From NCBI GenBank assembly GCA_037720395.1, contig JBBJMR010000004.1, forward strand, positions 10,535 to 74,534: 64,000 nt of DNA, written 5' to 3'. The notes beneath the pieces were generated by a model. It saw only the letters and a list, made by a program, of their open reading frames with translations, had not been told where the DNA came from and did not search any database. Made by a program: the position numbers and the translations under genes. The DNA is from Polyangiaceae bacterium. Its GTDB lineage: Bacteria > Myxococcota_A > Polyangia > Polyangiales > Polyangiaceae. Positions 39,324-50,144 of the stretch are shown here, one piece after another (positions within the stretch are counted from its first letter, which is position 1; each line of letters starts with the position of its first letter).

Positions 39324-40154
39324 TCAGGCGGCGGGCGGGGCCGCGAGCCCGTTGGCCACCGGCCCGGGGTCCGACTGCGGCGCCGGCGCGGCGATGCGGT
39401 CCTCGGGGGACCAGCGCGAGAACTGCGGGCGCTTGCCGAGGTCGATGATGCCCACCCAGCTCATGGCGCGGATGATCTGCCACGCCGGGTCGACCTCGAA
39501 CCAGCGCACCGAGAAGCGCGGGCTCATCGCGAAGCGGTGGTGGTTGTTCTGGAAGAGCTCGCCCATGGTCACGAAGTCGACGAGCAGCGTGTTCTTGGCG
39601 TCGTCGTCGCAGGCGAAGTTCTTGTACCCGTTGCGGTGGCCGCACCAGTTGACGATGGCCCCGTGCACCGGGCCCATCACGAAGTGCACCGGCAGCAACA
39701 TCCACTGCCACCAGGCGGTGACGAACACGAAGTAGAACGCCGTGTACGCGCCCATCCAGGCGATGCGGCCGGCCCACGACTGGCCGAGCTTGTCGATGGC
39801 CTTCCACTCCGGGACGCCGCCGTCGAAGCGCGCCTCGGGCTTCACGAGGTCGTGCGCGAGGTCGTGGTACGTCTTGCGCGTCGCCCACATCATCGACAGG
39901 AAGCCGGGGTGGTTGCGCGGCGAGTGCGGGTCCTTCGGCGTGTCGCTGAAGGCGTGGTGCATGCGGTGCAGGACGGCGTACCCGCGCGGCACCAGGAACG
40001 ACGACCCCTGCGTGATGTAGGTGCAGAGGTAGAAGAAGCGTTCCCACCCCTTCGACATGGTGAACATGCGATGGGCGCCGTAGCGGTGGAGGTAGAACGT
40101 CTGGAAGAAGACGGAGCTCGTCCAGTGCCCGATGAAGAAGAGCGCGATCGCCAT
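39324..40154 (-). CDS. Acyl-CoA (stearoyl-CoA type) fatty acid desaturase
   Basis: Three His boxes (HRYGAHRMF, HRMHHAFSD, NNHHRF) and TM helices. Confidence 0.85.
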   Translation of the reverse strand: MAIALFFIGHWTSSVFFQTFYLHRYGAHRMFTMSKGWERFFYLCTYITQGSSFLVPRGYAVLHRMHHAFSDTPKDPHSPRNHPGFLSMMWATRKTYHDLAHDLVKPEARFDGGVPEWKAIDKLGQSWAGRIAWMGAYTAFYFVFVTAWWQWMLLPVHFVMGPVHGAIVNWCGHRNGYKNFACDDDAKNTLLVDFVTMGELFQNNHHRFAMSPRFSVRWFEVDPAWQIIRAMSWVGIIDLGKRPQFSRWSPEDRIAAPAPQSDPGPVANGLAAPPAA

Positions 40155-40654
40155 GTCGGGAGCAGAAGCTAGGACACCCCGGCAGAAGCGGCGTCAGCCT
40201 CCCGTCACGTTTGGGTCAGCCGGCGCACGCGACGCGCTGCGCGGACGCGACGGGCCGAGTCCGGCCCGTCGGGGGGGGGACGGGCTCCCGGCCTCGGACC
40301 TGTACATGCGTACCTGTCCGGGACATCCCCGCACCGCCCGACAGCGCCATCCAGGATTTCGCGTGAGCTGAATCGCCCCGCCTGGGCGTCCGTCCTACGC
40401 CCCTGACATGGCGACTTTCCCGGGGTCCCGCGTGCTGTCCGGCGACGGCGTGCGAGGTCGGGACATGGAGCCGGTCGGTGGCGCGTATCCCCACGAGATT
40501 TGTGGGATTCGGTGCGCGGATGGTAGAACGCCGACGCTCCCTCGCGCGCCCTAGTGCGCCGGGGCGGGCGCCGTGACCCGGATTGGCTGAGACGCCTGGC
40601 TCTGCTAATCTTCCAACTCCTTGTCGACCCGGTGCTTACCTGGGAGGATCTCGA

Positions 40655-41137
40655 ATGAAACTGCGACTTTTGGCGATGATTGTTGGTGCTTCTTGTGCTC
40701 TTGCTCTGGGGGCGTGTTCCTCGGACACCAATGACGGCGACGGGACTCCTGGGTCCGGCGGAAGCGGCGCCACGGGCGCTGACGGCGGCGCGGGTGTGGG
40801 CGCGACCGGTGCCGACGGCGGCGCGGGCGTGGGCGCCACGGGCGGCGGCGGCGAGGGCGTCGGCGGCAGTGACTGCACGAACTGCGCCGAGTACTTCACG
40901 GATTGCCTCGCGGGTAGCGAGCCCTACTGCGAGGGGGATATCACGTTCTGTGATGGGTCCGAGGCCATCCTTTCCGCCTTCGAGACCTGCGCCTGCACGG
41001 CGTGCGCGACCGACTGTGAGCTCAGCTGCACTGGCAGCGGCGAAGACACGGTCGATTGCGGGACCTGCCTGGGCGCGGCGGCCGGTAACGGTGGCGAGTG
41101 CGAGCCCGAGTCGATGACCTGCGTGAACGACGTCTGA
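40655..41137 (+). CDS. Small secreted Cys-rich lipoprotein, family member 1
   Basis: RBS GGGAGGA and ATG at 40655. Lipobox ALGAC and a Gly-rich linker. C-terminal 13-Cys domain ends CVNDV. Confidence 0.6.
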   Translation: MKLRLLAMIVGASCALALGACSSDTNDGDGTPGSGGSGATGADGGAGVGATGADGGAGVGATGGGGEGVGGSDCTNCAEYFTDCLAGSEPYCEGDITFCDGSEAILSAFETCACTACATDCELSCTGSGEDTVDCGTCLGAAAGNGGECEPESMTCVNDV

Positions 41138-41181
41138 CGTCGTTTCGAGGGCTAGTGCCGAAAGGCCTAGTGCCGACGGCA

Positions 41182-41205
41182 GTGGGCCGCCGCAAGGCCG
41201 CCCAC
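41182..41205 (+). terminator. GC-rich hairpin with GCAA tetraloop downstream of the Cys-rich lipoprotein gene
   Basis: GTGGGCCGCC-GCAA-GGCCGCCCAC (9 bp with one mismatch), about 45 nt after the stop. No U-tract. Confidence 0.3.
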
Positions 41206-41686
41206 AGCCGGTTGTGCCCCCCCAACCCCGCGCCCCCCGCACGGATAACTTGCGAGCGCCGCGCGCATTGATCCGACTGACGCCGGGTGTCGAGGGGCGG
41301 CGAAGCCCCGCCGCGGGCGCGCTCGGGTCACGCGCGCGCCCACCTCGGCACGCTTTCCGAGACAACCGGCCTGCCGCGCCGACGCTGCGCAGCGATCCGG
41401 CTAGACGCGCTCGACGACCGCGCGACCTTGTCGAAGGCCATCCCGGCCGTTCTCGTGTCCTCCTTCGCCGGCCAGCGCGCTCCAGCTCCCACACGCGCGG
41501 CGGCCAGCCGGCCGGCGTGCGGGGAGCGGAGCGTGCGTTGCGACGCCTTGGCTCCGGCGAGGGAGCCGCTGCCGTTTCAAGTCAACTCGCGTTCATCGCG
41601 CGCTCGACCGCCAGCTACGATCGAGGCTCGCCACGGAGCGGCATCGAAGGAGGAGCTGGGGCGTCAGCAGCGCCTGTTACGTGGCG

Positions 41687-42385
41687 TCACGCGACGTCGT
41701 TCAGCCGATATCCGCCTTCCGCCGTCTCGATCAAATGGCGATCGCGGCCCAGTGCGGCCCGGATAGCGGAGATGTGCACGGAGATCGCGTTGCTGGTGTC
41801 GCGCCGCCCCAGTATCAGTTCGGAGATCTCGCGTGTGGTGACCGTCCGACCCGCGCGCCTCGCCAGCAGCAAGAACAGTTCGTAGCGGATCCTCTGCAGC
41901 GCCAGTCGCCGGCCGCGCACGGCGACGTCGCGCGTGCGCATGTCGATGGTGACTGGTCCGACGCTGAGCCGGTTCTCATGCTTCGTCCGCGCGACGAGGA
42001 CCTGGAGGCGCTCGATCAGCTGGCGGGGTTCGAACGGCTTGGTGAGGAAGTCGCGCGCGCCGCTGGCGATGCACTCCTCGATGTCCTGCGGCCGATCGGC
42101 ACCGCTGATGATCATCACCGGAAGCGCGGCGTTCAGCTCGTGGACGGCACGGCAGGCGGCCAGCCCATCGAGCCCCGGGAGGCGTCGATCGAAGATGCCC
42201 GCGACGTGGTCGCCGCGGCTCGCGAGCTCGATCGCCTTCTCGCTCGACGGTGTCCAGTCGCAAGCGAACCCGGCAGCCGACAGGTTGCGCGCCAGCGATC
42301 TGCCGAGCAGCTCGTCATCGTCGAGGACGAGTACGGTCTGGGCCCCCACCGCCCCGAAACTAACAGAGCGATTCGCGCGCGCCAT
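41687..42385 (-). CDS. OmpR-family response regulator
   Basis: Receiver domain (VLVLDDD, FDRRLPGLDG, KPF) plus a winged-helix output domain (ELFLLLARRAGRTVTTREI ... GGYRL). No cognate histidine kinase adjacent. Confidence 0.8.
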   Translation of the reverse strand: MARANRSVSFGAVGAQTVLVLDDDELLGRSLARNLSAAGFACDWTPSSEKAIELASRGDHVAGIFDRRLPGLDGLAACRAVHELNAALPVMIISGADRPQDIEECIASGARDFLTKPFEPRQLIERLQVLVARTKHENRLSVGPVTIDMRTRDVAVRGRRLALQRIRYELFLLLARRAGRTVTTREISELILGRRDTSNAISVHISAIRAALGRDRHLIETAEGGYRLNDVA

Positions 42386-42607
42386 CGGGACCGCGGGCGA
42401 TGAAGCGGATTTAGGCGTCGCCTGTGTGCACGTATGCGTCGCGCGGGGCACCAGCACGGAGGCAAATCGCGCTTCGCAAAAATACTTGTCGTGAACGGCG
42501 CCGCTCAGTCGCCGTAGGCATCCTCGTTCGCGACGGCCCGTCGCAGGGAGGGTGCGCAGGCGCCCCGCTCGCGAGTCGGCGTCGATGTACGCTAGGCTGC
42601 GCGCACC

Positions 42608-44008
42608 TTGGCCTTACAGCATTCACCTGATCCGACACACCGCGTGGCAGCGTCCCGCTTCACGACCGTCCTTGCCGTCGCCGCCACCCTGGCCGCCGCG
42701 ACCGCCGCCTGCGGAGCCCGCAACGACCTCGAGCTCGCCGACGCGGCCAGCGCCGAAGCCAATGGCGCCGCGGCGGGCACAGCCGCGTCGTCGAGCAGCG
42801 GCGCGGGCGGCAGCGTCGCCTCGGCTGGCGCCGGCGCATCCGGTGGCGGCTCGAGCGACGTTTGCGCCGGCCTCCTCGTCGCCGATCCCGGTCCGGTCAT
42901 CGTCGCCTCCCAGCCCGGCGCCGCCGACCCGCAGGTCGCCTGGTACCCGGACGGGGAGACCTTCCTCCTCGGCTTCACGGCACCGTTCGAGGGAGCACCT
43001 CCGTCGTTTCACGGCATGGACTTCGACGCCAGCGGGCCCTGGCCGCCGAGCCACGGCGTTGCCTTGCCGCTCTTCGAGATGCCCGATGGCTACGCGCTCG
43101 CCAGCGGGCCACAGGGCCCCGTGGCGCTCGTCGGCTCGAGCACCGACAGCAACCTTCTCGCCGTACAGCTCGCTCCCGACTCGGTGACGCTGGACGCCGC
43201 GCCGTTTCCGGACGGCCACCCGCTCTTCGCCGCGGCCATCGAGGGTCGCTACTTCTACGGCTCGCGCCAGACGCTCGCCGCCTACGACAGGCTGCAGGTC
43301 GGTAGCTACCAGCCCGACTCGCTTCCGCAGTCCGAGGACCCGGACCTCTGCGTCAGCACCACCCTCGTCGCCGCCGGCGTCCCCGCCAGTGGCGGCTTTC
43401 TCGGCGCCTACGGGATGGTCGATCCCGCGCTCCCGGAGTGCACGCCCGAGGGGGGGATGGCGACGTCGGTCGGCCTCTATCGCTACGATTCGCCGCCCGG
43501 CCTCGGCAGCAACCTCGAGGAGACGCCGGGTGACCGCTTCACGCCCATCGTCGGCGACCCGCTGGTGCACCTGGAGATGGCGGCGACCTCGTTCGGCGCC
43601 TGGGTCGTCTGGCAGAACGCCGGGCTGACCGCGGAGGTGCAGCCGCCTCCGATGGCCTTGCGCGTCGACGATAGCGGCCGCGCCCTGGTGTCCGGCGACC
43701 CGGGCATCGCGCTCACCGATATCGGCTGGGGCGGGCCGCTGGCCGTCTCCGTCGTCGGCGACACGCTCGTCGCAGCCTGGACCGACAGCTCGCAACCGTC
43801 CGCGCCGCTCGTCGTGGTGCAGCTCGTCCGCGCCGACGGCACCTTCGGCCCGTCGACCAGCATTCCCAGCGATCCGCTCTGGCTCACCGGACCGCTGCGC
43901 GTGCTCGGCCAGCCCGGTGGCGATCGGATCTTCGTGACCTGGGAAGGCGGGCTGGACGCCACGCACGTGGCGCTGGCGCGCATCGACTGCGTCTCGGTCG
44001 ACCGGTGA
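42608..44008 (+). CDS. Hypothetical secreted lipoprotein (beta-rich)
   Basis: Lipobox AATAAC and a Gly/Ser/Ala linker. 466 aa with good GC3. Stop overlaps the start of the next gene (GTGA). Confidence 0.5.
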   Translation: MALQHSPDPTHRVAASRFTTVLAVAATLAAATAACGARNDLELADAASAEANGAAAGTAASSSSGAGGSVASAGAGASGGGSSDVCAGLLVADPGPVIVASQPGAADPQVAWYPDGETFLLGFTAPFEGAPPSFHGMDFDASGPWPPSHGVALPLFEMPDGYALASGPQGPVALVGSSTDSNLLAVQLAPDSVTLDAAPFPDGHPLFAAAIEGRYFYGSRQTLAAYDRLQVGSYQPDSLPQSEDPDLCVSTTLVAAGVPASGGFLGAYGMVDPALPECTPEGGMATSVGLYRYDSPPGLGSNLEETPGDRFTPIVGDPLVHLEMAATSFGAWVVWQNAGLTAEVQPPPMALRVDDSGRALVSGDPGIALTDIGWGGPLAVSVVGDTLVAAWTDSSQPSAPLVVVQLVRADGTFGPSTSIPSDPLWLTGPLRVLGQPGGDRIFVTWEGGLDATHVALARIDCVSVDR

Positions 44009-44496
44009 ACGAGCGCGCCCGCCGCCGCACCACCAGTCGCCTCTCCTGGCTGCTGGCCCCCGCCGTCGGCGCCTGCCTCTCGGTCGCGTGTGGATCGGAT
44101 GGCGAGGGAACCAGAGCGCCACATCTCGTCGACGGAGTCCACGGTGGCGCAGGCAGCAGCGACGCGACGGGCGCCGGCGGCGCGGGCATGGGCGGCACCG
44201 AGAGCGCGGCGGGCGGTGCGCCGTCGACCCCGGCAGCCAGCGGCGGCGGCGGCGGCGCGGCGTCGGGTTGCGTCGGCTGCGGTGAGTACCTGACGACCAG
44301 CGATGCCAGGGCGCAGCTGTGCGACGGCGCTGCGCCGCTCTGGGAGAAGTGGACAGCGTGCGCCTGCGTGGCCTGCGCGCAGACCTGCGGGTCGATGTGC
44401 GAGCTACCGCCGAACCCGGGCTGCAGCACCTGCCGGGTCGAGGTGGCCTACGGCGCCTGCGCCGAGCCGTACCAGGCGTGCGCGAATGATCTCTGA
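44005..44496 (+). CDS. Small secreted Cys-rich lipoprotein, family member 2
   Basis: Lipobox LSVAC and a Gly-rich linker. Same Cys pattern as 40655-41137. Ends CANDL. Confidence 0.55.
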   Translation: MNERARRRTTSRLSWLLAPAVGACLSVACGSDGEGTRAPHLVDGVHGGAGSSDATGAGGAGMGGTESAAGGAPSTPAASGGGGGAASGCVGCGEYLTTSDARAQLCDGAAPLWEKWTACACVACAQTCGSMCELPPNPGCSTCRVEVAYGACAEPYQACANDL

Positions 44497-44531
44497 CTGT
44501 CCCGCGAACGGATCCTCTAGCCTCGCTGCGC

Positions 44532-45291
44532 ATGAAGGGAATCGTCATCGGCGCCGGCCGCGGCAGCCGGCTGCGCCACCTCACCGAGGACACCCCCAAG
44601 CCGCTGGTGCCCATCCTCGGCGCCCATGCTCGACCACGTGCTCGACGCGCTGCGCGCCGGCGGTCTGCAGGGCAAGCAGGTGGTCTACGTGTGCGGGTAC
44701 AAGAAGGAGGCCATCCAGGCCGCGCACCCGGAGCTCCACTACGTGGAGAACGGCGAGTGGGAGACGAACAACATCCTGGCCTCGCTGCTCTGCGCGCGCG
44801 AGCACCTGGCCGGCGGCTTCGTCTCCACCTATGCGGACATCGTGTATCGGCCCGCGGTGGTCGAGGCGCTGATGCGATCGCCGCACGACATCACCCTGGC
44901 CTGCGACACCGACTGGCGGCGGCGCTACACCCACCGCTCGCAGCATCCGGAGACGGACGCCGAGAAGCTGCGCGCCGAGGGCGAGCGCGTCGTCGAGCTC
45001 TCCCGCCGCATCGCCCCCGAGGCGGCCAGCGGGGAGTTCATCGGCGTGATGAAGCTCTCCGCCGCCGGTGCGGCGCGCTTCATCGCCGCCTTCGACGAGG
45101 CGGCGGCGCAGTTCCCGAGCGGTGAGTTCCGCGAGGGGCGCACCTTCCGCAAGGCGTACCTCATCGATCTCCTGCAGCGCATGCTCGAGCAGGGCGAGGT
45201 GATGCATCGCGTCGACACGCACGGCGGCTACATGGAGATCGACACGCTCGAGGACGAGAGCCTCGCCGAGACCTGGTGGCGCGGCGGCTGA
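44532..45291 (+). CDS. Sugar-phosphate/phosphocholine nucleotidyltransferase (NTP_transf_3, LicC-like) with apparent 1-nt frameshift near 44620
   Basis: N-terminus MKGIVIGAGRGSRLRHLTEDTPKPLVPILG lies in one frame. The rest (PMLDHVLDAL...YADIVY...EIDTLED) lies in the ORF 44626-45291. The junction reads GGCGCCCATG where GGCCGCCCATG would restore LVPILGRPML. Confidence 0.7.
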
Positions 45292-45442
45292 ATCCGCCGC
45301 CCGTTTCAGCCTGGCTGGCCGGGCGGCCCGCCGGGGAATGGCCCGCGGTCGTTCCCGCGCGTAGACTGATCGCTTCGCGCCGCTCCTGCCATCAGGCAGA
45401 GCCCGGCGCGGTGTTTGCGCCTGCGGGCGCGCGAGGTACTCG

Positions 45443-45997
45443 ATGAAGCGCACGTTCTTCGGCCCCTCCGGGGCGGTCTGGCTCCAGGTGGCGGCGGTCG
45501 GCGTGGCGACGGCGTGCGTCGCCGTGGCGGCGCCGAGCTGCGGGGGCGACGTGGTGGTCGATGGCAACACGTCGTCCTCGGGCAGCGGCCAGGGCGGCGC
45601 CAGCAACTCCAGCGGCACGCCCTCTGGCCCGGGCCCGGGCCCGGTCGCGCAGAGCGCGGTGGTCGGCAGCGGCCCCTCGGTGGCCAGCAGCGGCGTCGGT
45701 CCTTCCGGGCCCGCCAGCTCGGTGGGTCCCGGGCCGGGACAGACCGCGGTGTCCACGGGCATGGGGCCGTGCGTCACCTGCTCGGAGTTCATCTCCGGCT
45801 TCGAGGGCCCTCTCTGCCCGCAGAGCCAGCCGGTCTTCGACGCGTTGCTCTCTTGCGTGTGCTCGTTCTGCAGCTTCCAGTGCGGTGCCACCTGCGGCAA
45901 CGGCGGCGAGAACGGGCCGCAGTGCGATCAGTGCGTGGAGGTCACCATCCAGGACGCGTGCTCGTCGCAGTTCTCGCAGTGCGCGGACGACACCTGA
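45443..45997 (+). CDS. Small secreted Cys-rich lipoprotein, family member 3
   Basis: Signal peptide with Cys (VATAC / APSC) and a Gly/Ser/Pro linker. Same Cys pattern. Ends CADDT. Confidence 0.55.
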   Translation: MKRTFFGPSGAVWLQVAAVGVATACVAVAAPSCGGDVVVDGNTSSSGSGQGGASNSSGTPSGPGPGPVAQSAVVGSGPSVASSGVGPSGPASSVGPGPGQTAVSTGMGPCVTCSEFISGFEGPLCPQSQPVFDALLSCVCSFCSFQCGATCGNGGENGPQCDQCVEVTIQDACSSQFSQCADDT

Positions 45998-46052
45998 GGG
46001 TCGGTCGCGCCAGCGGCGCGCGCTCGGGCTGAGCGCGCGCCGGGCCTTGCCG

Positions 46053-46910
46053 CTACTTGCACTCCCCGAGGTGATCGACGGACATGGCCACCGCGGCGGC
46101 CTCGCAGTGGTTGCCGTAGGTGGTGCCGTCGCAGCCGCACACCGGGTCGTAGTTGTCCGGGCAGCCCTGGGGCTGCGGCTCGCACGCGCCGCCGATGTCC
46201 TCGACCTGGCAGGTGCCGTCGGGGTAGTGGCAATACGCGCCCGCATCGCACGGCACCCCACCCAGGCCGCCGCAGGCCTGCCCGGCGCAGGGGCCGTCGT
46301 GGTCGATGGACATCGCGGCGGCAGCCGCCATGCAGGCGTTGCCGTACGTCACGCCGTCGCATCCGCAAACAGGCGCGTAGCTCTTGTCGCATCCCTGGGG
46401 CACGGCCTTGCAAACACCGCTGGCGTCCGGCGACTGGCAGACGCCGATTGGAATGTCGCAGAAGGAGCCGGCATCGCAGGTCTCACCCTGGAGGCCGCCG
46501 CACTGCTGACAGGCCATGTCGGTGCAGGCCACGGAGCCGTCCCCGAGGCAGCTGCAGGAGTTGCAGCCGTCCGTCGACGGGAAGCTCGCGCCCACCGGGT
46601 AGACCTGCCCGCCGTACTCGCAGGTGCCCTCGCACTCCACGCCGCCGGAGACGCACTCGCCGGCGGCGTCGCACTCCTCGTAGATGGCGGGGCACGTCTC
46701 GCCCGTGCAGTTGCTGCACGCCTCCCCGCACTGCTTGCCGGCACACGGGTCGTTGCCGCCGCCGCCCGGCCCACTCGCGGGTGAGCCGGCACCGCTGCCG
46801 CCCGCGCCGCCGCTGCCGCCGGCGCCGCTGCCGCCCAGGTTCTGCGACTGCCCGCAGCCGAATGCGGCGGTGAGCAGCGCGACGGTGGCGATCGAAGACA
46901 AGAGTCGCAT
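46053..46910 (-). CDS. Lipoprotein with two Kazal-type inhibitor domains and a VWC-like Cys-rich module
   Basis: Lipobox AAFGC. Contains YAPVCGCDGVTYGNACMAAAAAMSIDHDGPC and YDPVCGCDGTTYGNHCEAAAVAMSVDHLGEC (Kazal pattern). Preceded by CEYGGQVYPVGASFPSTDGCNSCSCLGDGSVACTDMAC. Confidence 0.7.
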   Translation of the reverse strand: MRLLSSIATVALLTAAFGCGQSQNLGGSGAGGSGGAGGSGAGSPASGPGGGGNDPCAGKQCGEACSNCTGETCPAIYEECDAAGECVSGGVECEGTCEYGGQVYPVGASFPSTDGCNSCSCLGDGSVACTDMACQQCGGLQGETCDAGSFCDIPIGVCQSPDASGVCKAVPQGCDKSYAPVCGCDGVTYGNACMAAAAAMSIDHDGPCAGQACGGLGGVPCDAGAYCHYPDGTCQVEDIGGACEPQPQGCPDNYDPVCGCDGTTYGNHCEAAAVAMSVDHLGECK

Positions 46911-47015
46911 GGGTGTCCTTTCGGAAAAACGTGAGGAAGGAGGGCGGGCCGCAGCGGCCCTCGTCTTCCTTTGGGAGCACGCCCGGCTTTCCGTCACGCA
47001 GGGCGTCTCTTTTCT

Positions 47016-48109
47016 TCAGTCCAGCGGACCGACCGCCTGCTCGAGCACCGGGATCATCAGGCTCTGCGGGAAGCGCTGCTTGAACGCCTGGGCGCGCTGG
47101 CGGGCCTCGCCGATGCGGCCGGCGGCGGCGAGGGCGCGGATGCGAAGCGTCTCGCGCTCCTCGCCCAGGCGACCCCGCGGATACTGACGGGCGTGCTCGT
47201 CGAGCGCCGCGAGCGCGTCCGCGCCGCGACCCTGGGCGATGGCAGCGTGCGCGCGCTCGATGAGGGCGCGCTCGGCGGCCAGGCCCTCGTCGCGTCCCGG
47301 GGGCGAGGCGGCCCCAGGGACGCCGGCTGCCGGAGCGGCCGCTGCCGGAGCGGCCGTCGGCTTCGCGGCGGTCGCGGCGGTCGCCGCAGTCGTGGCGGGT
47401 GGCGGCGCGCTCGACGGTACGTCGCGCTTCGCCCCGGGCAGCGCGTCGTTCGCCGCGACGGGCGCGTCGCCGGGCGGCGGAGATGCGGGCGCGATCGATG
47501 GCTCGGGCGCGACGACGCTCGGATCCACCTCGGCAGCGTGCGGCACGTCGGCGACCGGCACCGCTGCACGCGCCGCGGCCGCGACCTCGGCCTCGGCCTC
47601 GGCCTCCGCGGTGCTCTGCGCGTCGACCACGCTCGGCGGCGCCGCAGGACCGGGCTGGGACGCGTAGATGCCCACCGCGCCCGCGCCGATGGCCAGCGCG
47701 GCGATGCCGATGGCCAGCGGCTTCGCGAACAGCGCGGCGAGCACGCCGCCCGAGGTGACCGCGCCGGCGGCGGATGCGCCGATGCCGCTCGCCGCCGCAC
47801 CTGCGACGGCCGCGCCACCAGCAGCCACGCCGCCGGCAGCCACGCCACCAGCAGCCACGCCACCAGCAGCCACGCTGCCCGCCCCCGACGTGGCCAGCGC
47901 CGCACCGGCTGCCGCCGCGCCGCTCGCGCCGCGGCGCCGGTCGCTGCCGTGGTGCCGGCGACGCCGCCGCCGACCAGCGGGGCCGAGCAGCGGGCCGAGG
48001 CGCCTGGCCACGCGGCGCTGGGCGCGCCGGTCGGCGCGCGGCGCTTGCGCTCGGCGTCGAAGAGATCGGCGAGATCGTCGGGAAGCGGTTCGATGTCTCG
48101 CTCGCTCAT
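47016..48109 (-). CDS. Anti-sigma factor-like membrane protein (frame ambiguity in first ~250 nt)
   Basis: The ATG at 48109 gives an acidic N-terminus MSERDIEPLPDDLADLFDAE. The TM helix LFAKPLAIGIAALAIGAGAVGIYA and the TPR-like C-terminus lie in the frame of ORF 47016-48710, so a frame change between about 47800 and 48000 is implied. Confidence 0.5.
47814..47873. repeat. 4 x 15-bp tandem repeat (GCCACCAGCAGCCAC) inside the anti-sigma gene
   Basis: Three perfect units and one variant unit, read directly. Encodes (VAAGG)n or (WLLVA)n depending on frame. Confidence 0.85.
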
Positions 48110-48706
48110 GGTTACCTCGCGTCTGCCGCAGATGCTCGACGGCGGCGCGCATCTCCGCGCGCGCCAGGCGGAGCCGGGAGTAGGCCGTGTTCAAGGGGAT
48201 GCCGAGCGCGGCGGCGATGACCGGCGCCGTGTGGCCGTCGATGTCGTGCATCACCAGGACCGCGCGCTTGTCGACATCGAGCGCCTCGAGCGCATCGAGC
48301 ACCAGATGGCGGCGCTCGGCGTCGGCGATCCGCCCTTCGACCGGCTGGCCCGGGTCGACCGGCTCGCGCTCGCCGTCGTGCACCTCGCGGCGGTGGTGGG
48401 CGCGGCGGCGGTAGTCCGAGGCGACGCGGAAGGCGATGCCGAACAGCCAGGCGCGCAGCGGGCGCGTGGGGTCGAAGTCGGTGAGCTTGGCGTGAACCAC
48501 CAGGAACACATCGTGGGTGACGTCCTCGAGGTCCGCCTCGCGCACGCCCAGGCGGCGCAGGCTGGCGAACACGTAGGAAAATTCGGCCTCGAAGACGGCG
48601 CGGAGCGTGGGCCGGCCGCACGCGCCCAACGGCGCGGGCACCGCCACCGCCCCGGGTAGCCGCTGGACCTCCACCGAGGGCATTTGGGGGCAGAGCGGCG
48701 GATCCG

Positions 48707-48710
<4 letters not shown>
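48110..48710 (-). CDS. ECF RNA polymerase sigma factor (no in-frame stop before the anti-sigma region)
   Basis: Region 2 DLEDVTHDVFLVVHAKL and region 4 VDKRAVLVMHDIDGHTAPVIAAALGIPLNTAYSRLRLAR. The frame continues uninterrupted to 47016. Confidence 0.8.
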
Positions 48711-50046
<1,336 letters not shown>

Positions 50047-50144
50047 CCCCTCGATCTAACAGCGTTGCGGGCAGCGTCGATGGACAACCACCGGCCGGTC
50101 CGGGCGCGTTGCCTGGCGAGGCCTTCGGTGACACGCTTGCGGCC

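Noticed and set aside
40271-40279. G9 homopolymer in the desaturase / Cys-rich lipoprotein intergenic region as a phase-variation switch (likewise G8 at 15236-15243)
   Set aside because: These are single tracts with no defined promoter spacing or coding frame dependence that I can show. Given the indel-prone look of this sequence, their length is not trustworthy.
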